NCBI GenBank assembly: GCA_051942205.1
Contig: JAVECO010000080.1
Location: 62,001 to 101,388, forward strand
Reading direction: 5' to 3'
DNA from: Coniocarpon cinnabarinum
Lineage: Eukaryota
DNA length: 39,388 bases
The notes under the pieces were generated by a model. That model was not told the DNA's origin and did no database searches. It saw only the letters and a program-made list of their open reading frames with translations. The translations under genes were made by a program, and so were the position numbers. This document shows, in pieces, positions 19,501-31,393 of this stretch; the first letter of the stretch is position 1, and each line of letters begins with the position of its first letter.

Positions 19501-21126
19501 TTATCGTTCGTCGCTCTGTTCATGCAAACGCTCATCGTTGTCCTTTTCTTCATTGCCTTGCGTGCCAACGCTCAGGAAAGGTACCATACAAACAGTCAGG
19601 AAAGACATGCCGCACCCAAACCAGTACAAACTGACAAACTTCACTGATGGATCGTTCGCGTAGTATCCGGTTTTCGGAATAGTTATACTGTCATAAAGTG
19701 CTGTCGTGATACCAAAGCCAATCGCACTACCGAGCCGGGACACTGTCTGGAAGATGCCACCAGCGATGCCCTGCTGTTCACTCCGTAAAGACGAGAGTAT
19801 GTACATATTGACGACATTGAACTGAAGATCTGCCGCCCAAGTAATGATGCCCAGCGCAGGGAAGATGAAAGGCCAGTATCCGTTGGATTGACGGTTACAG
19901 CCCAGTAAGATGAACGCTACTGTATAGATGCAGCATGAAGCACCCATGATCCATTTTCCAGGGATCTTATGGAGAAGCATGCCAGCGAATATGTTGGCGA
20001 GAATCCCAGAGACAGCAGCTGGCAAGACGTAAGCCGCAACGTGCAGAGCTGAGCCGGTCCAAAAGCGTTGCATGTAGAGTGTTACCCAGAAAAGTGCAGA
20101 CGAAAAGACGCCGAGTCCGATTGACATGATCAAGAGCAGAAGCGTGAAGTTTCGGTCTTTCCAGACCCACATGGGCACCAAGGGATGTGGATAGTGCAGC
20201 TCCCAAAGAGCGAATAGAACCATGAGCGCGAACCCCACGATTAGCAAAACAAGCACGTATGGTGTTTTCCATCCTTCCGGCGCCGTGTCACCAAGAGACA
20301 ATGCTCCAGTGAACATGCCTATGCCTCCTATAGTAAGCAAAGCTCCGACGACATCGAATCGCTTCAGGGTCTCTACAGAGAGATCCAGCTTTGCTGTCGT
20401 ATCTGCGGGGACTGTGAAGATGGCCACGATTGTGGTCACGAGGTATATGATGGCAAGAAGCCAGAATGAAGCTCGCCATCCGAAAAGCTGCGTTGCGACG
20501 CCCGAGAAAACCGTGCCGAAGACATAGCCTAGAGGATTGCCAGCGCTGAAGCAAGCGAACGCATAGTTCTTCCTCTTCGAAGGCCGATCGTAGGTGCTCC
20601 CCAATGATCCTATCGCTGGGGGCACAGCAGACGCAGACATGAGTCCCATGAGCTACAATCGTCAGCAGAGGTCCATAGCGCACCTTCAGGACACGGTACC
20701 GACCCCAGTCATAACATCCAGAGTGATGCCATTCTTCACAAACCCAGCGCCCAAATTGAGGACTGCAAAGATGAATAGACTGGCCACAAATATTGTCTTG
20801 CGACCCATGAGATCTGTCAACCGTCCGAAGAAGAGCAAGAACGCTCCACAGGCCATACTGGATGAAGCCACCATCCAGGTGATCTCTGCTTGGGTCATGT
20901 CCAGCTCAGCACCAATGAAGCTGGTAATGACGGTTACGCCGCCAACCAGAAGCGCTTGCATGCCAATGGCCATAGTGCAAGTTAGCACATAAAATATTTC
21001 AACAGCAGTGGACCTAAAGCATTCAGGCCGTGCGCCAATGGCTTTCTTGGCCTCCTCGACATCTCCACCGTCAGCCCTATTCGATTTCGCAGCCCTAGTT
21101 GCAGCTTCCTTCATTTGTTCGGTCAT
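19501..21126 (-). CDS. MFS drug:H+ antiporter, 14-TM (Atr1/DHA2-like)
   Basis: Exons 21126-20704 and 20652-19501; 51-nt intron GTCGGT..CTGAC..TAG. Motif A GRLTDLMGRK, GNPLGYVFG, WRASFW, and many hydrophobic helices. Confidence 0.93.
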
Positions 21127-21479
21127 TGTTTAATCCAACACCGGGTTTACTTGCAGTGCAAGTCGCAAGAGTGAAGCCTGCGGTGGCGAATGGGAGTCAG
21201 ATGCATATCAACGTCATCGATCACCCTTTTCATTAGTGTCAGCCATCTTGCTCGACCTCACCGATATGCAGGATGTCCCATTGACAGAGATTTTCAAAAC
21301 GCACTGAGAAATGCTTCTGTAAGAGTGGATATGACTCCTTCGATCGGCTAAACGACAAGCCGAGCACCGATGAAGAGCGCAACAGAAGGCGCAACTTGAG
21401 TTGACATCGATGGTTTCCGCCACTCTTCATCAGTAGACATCGAGTTTAGAACTTCGTAATCCAGCAGCGCATGTCACTG

Positions 21480-22859
21480 TCACCGTGACCAAAAGCCCGA
21501 CTTCTTGCTCTTGGTGACAGGGGGTCTCGACAGCCGTTTGAGCCCCTCGTTCGCGCTGATGACGCCCTCTTCAAAGCCAATGGCATGCGCAATGCTGCCA
21601 GCTTCTTCGTAACGCTCGCGAGCTTCCGCAACATTGCCATCCATCTCGGCGAACTCGCCTAGATTGTGCGTTGCAACAACGCACCCGCGATCGCATTCGG
21701 CATCTCGGGTAGGTGGTTTGATTTTCTCAGCAAGCTCAAGGGCTCTTGTAGCCCAGACGCGGCCGCTGTCGCGAAGTTGAGCGGGTGAAGGTGGTGGCGT
21801 GCCTGGTTCGAGTGTGGGTCTCTGTTGGGCAATTGCTGCAGCTATGTTGTTCATCAGCACCACGTTGTGACAGTCAGTCTTGGACTTTAGCATTAGAGCT
21901 TGGAGGAACAGCTGTGAGGCGTATGCGAAATTGTTTTGTTCCTCGAAGTTGTTGCCCAGTGCTGCTTTACATTAGCTTTCCCAGTCCGTTAGTAAGCTCA
22001 AGGGCACGACTCACATTCGAGCTGCGCGCCTTGTTGGTCTTGATCAATGATCTCGGCATCTTCTCCAGGCCGTAGTCCTTCCTTTCGCTTCCGCTCGTTC
22101 TCTTTCAACGTCGTCTCGACTGACCACACGAGGAATTCTTCTGATTTTTGGCGATTAGGATGCATGGGATTTGTGAACAGCTCTCCAATCTTGCTAGCTA
22201 GTTGTATCGCCCATGTAAGAAGTCGACCTCTCTCACCAGCGCAGTCCTCTTTCTCGCCGTTGTGTTCAATCCAGTCAAGACATCGTTGCCGTTGCGTCTC
22301 GAGTACTTCAATTGCTTGCTGAATGTTGCCGTATTTCTCCAACACACGAGCCATATCGACCCAAATCCCAACGACAGCATCACTCAAGGGATGCATTTTC
22401 TCCTCGTGAGCCTCAGACAGCGCCGCAACGTAATTCTTCAACGCTTGCGGAGGATCCGGCTGGACGTCTGCAAAGTACCGTGCTCTCCGTAACCTGATGC
22501 CCACGCTTTCAGGATAGTCTGCCATCTCCGATCGCACTTTGTAATTGAGATAGACCGCGTACAAGAAACCAGCTCCGCTTCCGATTACACTGGTTTCGGT
22601 TAGCAAAGGGGGTGTCGATGGGGTTGGGGAGTCTCTACCCAATCAAAGCTACTGGAAATAGGATAGGGTTTCGCTGAAGCTGGTAATTGAAGCTTTGCTT
22701 CGTCGTCTCCCAATATGGAGCCCGCCACGTGCGGCTGCCACTGAAGGCTCGTCGTGGAGGACATTGCGGCACGCGTCTGCTGAAGAGCCATGGTCGTGGA
22801 GGACTCCATTGCGCGAGTTTGAACGCAGACTCACGCGTACAGCCCATGTAGCAAGCCAT
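21480..22859 (-). CDS. MGR3: Mitochondrial inner-membrane TPR protein, Mgr3-like (i-AAA protease adaptor)
   Basis: Exons 22859-22639, 22589-22015 and 21961-21480 (49-nt and 53-nt introns, frame consistent). R-rich presequence, one TM segment (ILFPVALIGVIGSGAGFLYAVYL), then YPESVGIRLRRA, MHPLSDAVVGI and TPR-like helices (ATHNLGEFAEMDGNVAEARERYEEA). Confidence 0.72.
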
Positions 22860-22972
22860 CACGCCAGAGTCCTGATGCAAGAGGTAGATCACGAGCACGT
22901 TGTTCAATCTCACTCAGCAATTAAGCTGCCATGCCGAATCATCCAATATAGCCCTGGTTTCCTGAGGCTGTG

Positions 22973-23004
22973 TGACGTCACTTTTCGCGACGCTCGACGC
23001 GTCG
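22973..23004. promoter_or_regulatory. CRE and MCB elements in the MGR3-like/SRAP bidirectional promoter
   Basis: TGACGTCA at 22973-22980, TTTTCGCG at 22982-22989, and ACGCGT at 22997-23002 inside the palindrome CGACGCGTCG. The intergenic gap is only ~230 bp. Confidence 0.5.
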
Positions 23005-23092
23005 TTCATATTGCCCGAGCTCTCTGAAGATTCCCTCGGAATTGCATTCTCAGTTTCAGCGACGACTCGCACGAGCGTCAGTATCTGCAGTG

Positions 23093-24529
23093 ATGTGTGG
23101 GCGATATGCTCTGGCATTGGTAAGTCTTGCAATTCCCACCGCGTGCATATCTTGGGACAATATCTACATACAATGTTTCAATTGCTGATATCCCACATAG
23201 CGCCCAGGCGAGGTCCGCCGTCACCTGCAATCCTCCAACATGCTGTCGCAAGAAGTACCAGATGATGACGACGTTCGCCAAACCTACAACTTCGCGCCCG
23301 GCTACTATGGCCTTGTCTACCGCGCAGACACTCCTTCTTCTAGCCAAGCTGCCCGAGACAATGACAACCAGGACTCAGACCCACAAGACCAAACCCAAGA
23401 CTCACAGTCCCACCAAGATACTACTCAAAACGCCACACAAGGCCCTCCCAATGGTACTTCCGACAACAGCAACCCCAAGCCAACATACAAACTCCAACCC
23501 ATGAAATGGGGACTCATCCCCTTCTGGACCAAAACCGCCCCACCCTACGCCAGCTTCATGAAAACAATCAACTGCCGCGACGACTCCCTAGCCACCCACG
23601 GCGGCATGTGGCAGCACGTGAAGCAAAAAAAGCGCTGTGTCGTCCTCGCGCAGGGATTCTACGAGTGGCTCAAGAAGAACAACGGGCGGGAGAAGATTCC
23701 GCATTACGTGAAGCGCAAGGATGGCCAGTTGATGTGTTTTGCGGGGTTGTGGGATCGTGTTCGTTTTAAGGAGGGGGAGGAAGGCAAGGATGGGGAGGAG
23801 GTGTGGAGTTATACCATCATTACGACGAGTTCGAACAAACAATTGGGCTTTTTGCATGATCGGATGCCTGTTATTTTGGAGAATGGCAGTCCAGAGATGT
23901 TTACGTGGTTGGATCAGGGAAAACAAGAATGGAGTTTAGAGCTGCAAGGACTGCTGAAGCCTTTCGAGGGCGAGTTGGAATGTTATCCGGTTGCGAAAGA
24001 AGTCGGGAAGGTGGGAAATGATTCGCCCAGTTTTGTGGTGCCGTTGGATGAGAATAAGCAGAGTATTAGTAATTTCTTCGGCAATCGAAAAAAGGGTGTG
24101 TCATCGTCGCAGGAGCACAAAGGGTCTGCGGAGGAGAAGAGTAAAAATGTCGGGAAAGGAGGTGGTGATGGGGTCGAGAAGAAGCCAGATGAGCACCGAG
24201 AGACACAGGACATCGCTGACGCCGAGACGAACGCGCCAAAACCTGTTGCGGGCACAAAACATGACCGCGAAGATGACACGACAGATGCGATCCAAAATAC
24301 AACCGGGCCCGACCAGAAACGCACCAAAAAGGAGACACCTCCCAGCTCACCGCCAGAAAAAGCCCTGAAAGTAGCGCAAGCATTGAAGACCTCGCCCGCG
24401 AAAAGAACTACGCAGAAGACATCACCGCTGAAGAGCTCACCGCAGAAACAGTCTCCCAACAAATCAAGTCAGGGCTCACCGAAAGCAAATGATGGCAGTA
24501 TGAAAATTACGAATTTCTTTGTGAAATGA
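23093..24529 (+). CDS. HMCES: Abasic-site processing protein SRAP/HMCES (DUF159)
   Basis: Exon 1 23093-23119 (MCGRYALAL, catalytic Cys2) is missed by the ORF track. Intron 23120-23200; exon 2 23201-24529. Motifs YNFAPG, MKWGLIPFW, INCR, GFYEW, FAGLWD, LHDRMPVIL. Disordered SP-rich tail ending in PIP-box-like MKITNFF. Confidence 0.95.
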
Positions 24530-25651
24530 GAAGTCTGTATAGTATGAGAGACGCTGTATGATATTTAGAAATGATATTTGGAAATGCTGTAAATGTTTGA
24601 ATAGAGTGATGATCAAGCAGAGGATCTATCGGTCGGAACGGCAATCAACAGTCTCCGAAAAGCTGTTTATTGCATATTCTTCTTGTGTGAGTTGAGCAAT
24701 AAGCACGACATAAGCGTTCACGATCTATGGTGTTTTCACGCTGATGAAGGTTGATGGACCATAGTGTTAGTATCCAGATGATTGCATAACTGGTGTTAAT
24801 CAAGGTGTCGTGAACCTAGGTGGCGTCAAGGGCAATCAGCTTCAATCATCTTTGACGACAACATTGAACATCTCGATCACCCAATGAATGCTCGCGCACA
24901 GGTGAAGAAATAAGAGACGTTCGCGTCTCCAGGGGCCTCAAATCGAACAGCGCATTTCTCACTGAATATTGTGTCTTTTCGCCGGTGTTGAATCTCCGAT
25001 CGCTCAAAAGTGTAAACTTTTCAATTCGAAAGAGCGCTGTCTTACGCTCTCCCATGGTCTGCCTGCCGCCAGCTCAAGACTCACCCGAATGACTGGATTT
25101 TAGAATGCAGGCCAGAGATAAGCATTCTGAGCAATAGTCAGCTTTTGAAGGGAAGACAGGCAGGCGTGTTCATAGCTATGCCATGTCACAGTAGATGAGT
25201 GTCATGTATTACGATATGTTGTGGTCACTAGTCCACTTTGAACGCTGTGTGCACCAATGTCTGCGACTGATATTGGCTCTTGTATTGCTTTGCTTTCTTA
25301 CAGCCAATACCCATCTCTCGGAAGCTTCGCAAGAGCAACTGATCCTCAAACTTGTGCTCATAAATCTTCTGCGCAAGCTCGTTGCTGATCTTTGAATCGA
25401 GTAATCAGCTCGGAGATGTAGCACGAGCATGCATTGTTGGGGTCACGAGCAGAACGGCTGGCTCGAGGACTTAGTTTCATTCTCGTACGCTGACATCTCA
25501 CGTGATACATGTCGTCAAAGCAACAATCTCGCATCGATGTGAAAATGCTCTTCTCCGTCATTCGTATACCATTAGATCCGCAAGCACTGTTCCTTGCGCT
25601 CTCCACAGAACGCAGGTGCAGCATGCTTCAATTCTTGCCTGACGCCGTGCA

Positions 25652-26461
25652 TCACCCTCTCCTCCTCCGCGGCAAATCGGGAATCAGCTCATATCCCCCT
25701 TCCTCTTCCAAAAGCCACCGACTCCCTGCTAGACCGACCCCAACCGCCAATTCAACCCCACAAGCCACTAAACACAGGATCCAACTCCTCCCCACGACCC
25801 ACCCATCCTGAAACCGCACCTCCCGATCTCGCATCCCACTCACCATCCCCACAGCCGCCGCCTTCGCCACAATCGCAATCCCCAACAGAACACAGAGGAC
25901 TTTCCAGCCCTGTGCGCGCTTCTGCTTCCCGCCTCCCACGCAGATGGTGAAGACGACGACGGTGGCGAGTTGGAGAACCACGGCGAAGGAGAGGAGGAAA
26001 CCGGCGGAGCGCCAGAAGCTGCAAAAGTGGTGGGAGGTCGTGGGGGAACCGCAGTCGGATGTCCGTGGGAAGGGGTGGCAGGTTGTTGATTGGGCTAGGA
26101 CGGTGCAGCGGGAGTGGAGGCCGTAGGTGTGGTGTGGTGCTGATGATGTGGGCTATTGTATCAATACGTTAGCAAATTGTGCTCAGCATAGCAAGATGGA
26201 GGCATGGATGGTATATGGACGGGGAGCCGAGTCCACACGGACTTTGGTTTGGGTGACAGTGAGGGAACTAGGTAGAGCATATAGCGGAGACATACTAGAT
26301 CTGGATGAAAGACAAGCCACTCGGGGATAATGGTGGCGGCGAGGGTCATGCCAATGGCTTGAGCTTCGTTAGCGTCCACGTCTTAGAGTGTCAAGAGACC
26401 AGATGACCGTACCGGCCAGGAACGACCAGAACCCAACTCCATATACCACTCTCCTCGTCAT
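25652..26461 (-). CDS. Four-TM claudin/PMP22/Sur7-like membrane protein
   Basis: Exons 26461-26413, 26357-26296 and 26152-25652 splice in frame. TM1 is followed by W...YGLHSRC...C (claudin-like W-GL-C-C loop), then FCSFWRSAGF, three further TM segments and an EEEGGYELIP tail. Confidence 0.82.
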
Positions 26462-27157
26462 GATAATGATGATAAAGGCAACTCTGGGCTTGGAAGAGCA
26501 ACTAGGAAATAGACAATTGCCGTGATACTGAGAAGAGCGCGAAGTGGAATGAGGAATGGACTGTTTCAACACCTTGCTAGAAGGCGGGAGCTTTGTCGAG
26601 TCCATCGGAGGTATCACTAGCGCTGCCGAGTCGGTACTTGAATAAGCAGTTCTGACGTCATTTCTCCGTGCATATCGAGTCCCGCTGTCCGTCACGACAT
26701 TGGATACCTATCGTGCTATGACTTGCGTCGACTACGACGTAATGATCACAGCCATTGCGTTTGCGCGCGTTCCAGAATAACATACATCCTGAGATGGTCT
26801 CAAACTCTGAAAGACCTTCAGGGGAGGTGAGCAAAGCGACGCTGCTCAAGGCTGTATTACTGCCACTTCTGCAAGAATTCAAAAGTCGTTTGATAGTCCA
26901 AAACAGAGTGCTGCGCTGTGCTGTTTGTGAAGACATGCCTGGCGCATTAATGCTGAGCCGGTAACAGTCTGAAAGTCACATAGCCATCAAGACTGTTTGG
27001 TCTATCAAAATTCGCTAATTGTATCAGCAAGCAGCGCAAGCTGCCAAAAATCTAAATGTGTCGCATGGTGTCGCGTGCTGCGCGTGATATCATGTTCTCG
27101 TAGTTTGCGGCGTTAGCCAACCGTGACATATGTCCAGTCGAAGCGCAATATGCGCGT

Positions 27158-27848
27158 TCATAATACGCGATCGAACTGTTCTGGTCCCACCGTCCCACCG
27201 GTCATGCTACTCCTCACGTTCCTCTTGAAGGCTTCTCTGTTCATCTTGAGGTCTTCTGCCGCAACCTTGTTTAGAGGATCGCTGGGGTTCGGCTCCAGAA
27301 ACAGAAATTGCAGTCCTACGATGACCGCGTTCAGATTCAGCACCGGTTTCCAGTCTTCTCGCAGGATGTTCAAGCAGACGTTGCCCTCCAGGTCTATATT
27401 GGGGTGATAAATCTTTTGCTTGCACTTCACTTTCGGCGGATCGTGTGGAAAGTTCTGGTTCACTGCAAAGTCAAAGTCGAATGTGCCGTCCTTGTACATG
27501 CCCTCGTCTGGTTTTATCGTGAGGATGAAATTGAGGAGATTATCGGGATCAGGGAAGGTAGTGGACATGGTGCCCGGAAGTGAGAGTTCGCCGAGGTCTG
27601 AAAGAACATTCCGAGTCAGCAATTGAAGATCGCGCACTGTACGTGCGTAACATCCAGCACTCGCCTTTTTGCACCCGTAATTGCGCCGCAGTGACTTTCT
27701 TCTTCTTCGGGCCTTGAGCATTAGCGGCATTCTCCTGTTGCTGCTGCTCTGCTTTCTGTGCGGTATTGTCAGCTCTGCAAAAGGATAGTTGGCCCTGCCA
27801 ACAGGGTAAGCACGGCTCAAAACGTACCATAGACCATATCTTCAACAT
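27158..27848 (-). CDS. UBC12: NEDD8-conjugating enzyme Ubc12
   Basis: Exons 27848-27828 (MLKIWSM), 27755-27665 and 27597-27158. Motifs [11 protein letters not shown] and [25 protein letters not shown] with the active-site Cys. The second intron is GC-AG. Confidence 0.97.
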
Positions 27849-28446
27849 CCTCGCCAATCAGTGGCACAAAGCCAGTGAGGTGAGTTGCGTGCTTTTCAAG
27901 GCAGTAGATACGTCCTTAATATCTGATCTAGCGGTATTCAGAGTGAGCTTGCAAAGCTTAGACTTGTGTAATGGAAATTTTTGGATGATTATATGAATCG
28001 GTCGAGGCAATGGCATAAGCGGAGACCGGTTGTGAACGTGAAGGCGTTTAGATGTTCAAAACGCGCACCCTGCCTAAGTTCCACTATTTGAGTTCCCCCC
28101 TTAGCAGCCTATCTTGCTTTCGCTAAGAAAGTGATGTATATGCTAAAAATGACGGCATATGAATTTCTGCTACGGTACTTGCTTGAAGTCGTTCGCGCTA
28201 AGCAGTAGCTGATACTGCTTCGTGCACAACATCTTGCAAGCTTAGTGTCCTGACGATCAGGTTCTAAATTTGTTCAAACTTCCATAATGTACATCCAATG
28301 CACGAACGTGATGTTATCGTGTGTCAATCTGCACAAAGATCGAGACATTGCCAGTCGCAAGTCCACCGACCCGCATCTACCCAATGCCGTTTGTCGTTAC
28401 CCCAACGCCTTTTGAAACCTCTGAGAAGCCTGCAAGCTGGTACTGC

Positions 28447-31393
28447 TCACTTTCTTGAGAAGCAGAACAGTAGGCCTGATTTGAACAGGAAGATGGAAGC
28501 ACCGATACCACGAATGATTGACAAAACGGCCGTCGCAATCAGCAGAGCAAAGAAGAAATTGGCTGTTCGGATAGTTCCGCTCGTCTGCAAATAGATCAGT
28601 AAATGTATTTGTGTCTTCAATCAGAATGTGAGCTCACCGTAAAGCCAAACTCTGACAGACTGGCGCTTGTAATACCCACGCTCAGGAGCGCGTTTGAAAA
28701 GATCCAAGCAATGACAAGCCTCGTGCGGAAAGATTTGTATGAATCCTCTAGGGTCTTGCTCTTGTCCTCAACTGGAGCGGCGTACGGTGCCAGCGCGCGT
28801 TTGACTGTTGATTCAAATTGACTGTCGATATCTGCCTGTGGTTTGTCCACTTCCTCGATCACAGTTGCTTTGCCAGATGCGTCTTTCTTGGTGTTGACGG
28901 ACGGGAGTGCGTCTGCTTTGTCTGATCCCTTTGTACCCCACGACACATCATGCCAGTTGCTGAATGCATACACACTGATGATGTTGCAATATGTCGACAT
29001 CAGAACCATGTACTGTGGGAAGGAGGTGAGCATGTGCCATGGATCGCCGTACAGTATGGAAAAGCCTAGGTAGATCCCATAGGTGGCGCCGATGGATAGT
29101 AACACGATATTGCTCCCCTTCGATGGCTGGAAGTAAGCCGCAGCGTCGCCGAAATCAGTCTTCTCAAGGTTTTCCTTATTGAACGCATGCGAGACAAGAT
29201 AACCAGTGAGGACTAGCAAGTAAGCCATAATGGCACCAAAGACGCAGAATGAGACGACGTAACTCCATCTTGAACCTTTCGGTCTGTTGCCGAGAGCTAG
29301 GACGAATTGTAGAGCCAGGAAAGCCAGGTAGATATATTGAAGGACGGTATTGACGATGGGACCTGCTTTGGGACCCCACGGCCATTCGAGGCCTTGTGAA
29401 GATTTTGGACCGCTGACCAGTTGCATGATGACAATGGTAGTGAGATAGAACGACGCTGCATCAATTCGTTAGATTTGATCAGCGGAATCAGAAGCTGAAC
29501 TTACCAAGTTGAAACCAAGCGAGAATAGTATTGGCGATTTGGTAGAGCATCTGCATGTGGAAGAAGAACATTCGGACGAAGTTGTGTCCAGATTTGTAGA
29601 GACGGCCAAAGTGCATAATGGAGTAGATACCGGCAGCAAATGATCCGTTGTTCCATCGTCGGCGTTGTGAGATCAATTCGGGGGCACCGTCAGGCACGTC
29701 AGTCTCACCTTTCGATGCCTTGACGTATGTGAGATGCCATTTGGATCCAGCCTTGGCGACAAGTTCGAAACACAAGATACGATCCTCGGCCAAGAACATG
29801 TTCTTCTTGAAAATGTTCATGCCCTCGATACCTTTCTTTCCATACTTCTTAGCGAGGGTGTGATCACCGTGGAAATATTGCTCCAGGGGACGGCCCATGA
29901 TTGCTCGGAATCTGTAGGCCGAGAAAGCACCAGGCAGCACGCTCACATAGCCAAAGGTACTTTCAAGCGGTTTGTCGAGAATATTACTGATCTTGTATTC
30001 AAAATTTTGCACCGCGACGAGGGGATTGATCAGATTTTTCCAGCCTTTACCAAGTTCGACGTGAATTTCACCACAGGCGCCGCCCAAGTCTTTGTCGTTG
30101 TAGAAACCTTCCCACAAAGCCAAAAGCGCCTTGTGGCCAGGTTTCGTCCCAGCGTCAATGAGAATGCAAACCTCTGGATTCAGGATGCGGCCAAAGGCGG
30201 TGAAGAGCCATCGGTGAGAGTTGATCTTCTTACTATTCTTCTGCTTGAGACAGAACAGCATCTGGACAGGTGGGAACGTGGTGCTTCCACCATCCTCATG
30301 GGGCCGACACAGCTGCTGGTTGGGTGTGACAGAGAGCTGCGTCGTGTATTCAAAGATATGTGCGACGGTTTCCTTGCCATCAATGTCCTTTTTCATGACA
30401 CCATCCTGGTAAATACCGATGGTGGCAAGGAGGTCGAGGGTGCCTTTGTCGCACGGGTCGATACCATCAAAGACAAGAGCAACGACGATCTTTTGCCAAG
30501 CAGGGCCGCCTTTGTTCCAAAACTCCGATTTCTTGAGATTGACGATGTCCTTGATGTTTTGCATCACGCCGTGTAGAGTTCGTGCGGTTAACACTTTGTC
30601 TTCATTGTAGTACGTAATGGCAATGAGCAGTTCGGTGTGGCGGTTGTACATAGCAGGGCGGAGGTTGTATCCATTCTTGAGTGTAAAGTCATCAGGATCA
30701 CATGTCGCAGCGGTGTCTGTGGCGGGTCAGTCATACTTCAGTAGTCTTCTCCCGGTAGGCACTCACATCGCATATGTGTGAATTCTTCGCTGCCGCTTTC
30801 CAGATCATTTCGATACTTTGCTTGAACGGAATTCTGGATAGCGCTAGGCACAGGATATTCGATACTCAGCACAGAGCCCTGTTGGAGCCTGACTTTTCTG
30901 GTCTGACCTCGTCGAATGGCGCCGGGACCGCCAGGAGCCTGTCGTGCTCGCCATGCTTCGATAGAGTCCTCCGAAGCTTCACTATAAGGAGAAGGTGTCC
31001 GGCCAGGAACACCAAAGGCTCTGGTGGGGTCGTTCAATGTGGTACTGCTTGAATAGGTGTCTTGATGATGGAAACCATTGTACGGAGGAGCCTCTGGCTC
31101 GGCGTAACTTTCTTGGAGCGTGTAGCCCTTTTCTTGATCCATGTGAGGCGGAGTGTGAGCGCGCATAGAGTCGTCAAAGGGGCCGTGGCCCTGTTGCATG
31201 GGATTTGAATGCAAAAGGGAGTGCTCTACTTCTTCATCGTCGGAGTCGTGGGCGGCTGCAGGGTAACGCTGAAACAGAGGTTAGACGCTAGGTGGAGGAC
31301 GAAATGACATGGAGGGGAAGTCACCTGAGCAGAGGACAAGTCGGACATGGGGTGGTCGCCGCCATAGCCTCCGCCCTGCGGATGGTGAGCCAT
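28447..31393 (-). CDS. Chitin synthase, class III (ChsB/ChsG type)
   Basis: Exons 31393-31325, 31268-30767, 30716-29505, 29455-28638 and 28584-28447, all in frame. Motifs [79 protein letters not shown] is typical of class III. Confidence 0.96.

Noticed and set aside
2114..24529. Apparent genome-maintenance cluster (RNase H fusion, Nse5-like, AlkB-like, SRAP)
   Set aside because: The genes are spread over 22 kb among unrelated housekeeping genes. Nothing in the sequence shows linkage beyond chance.
29734..30576. 280-aa plus-strand ORF
   Set aside because: Antisense shadow of the chitin synthase catalytic exon.
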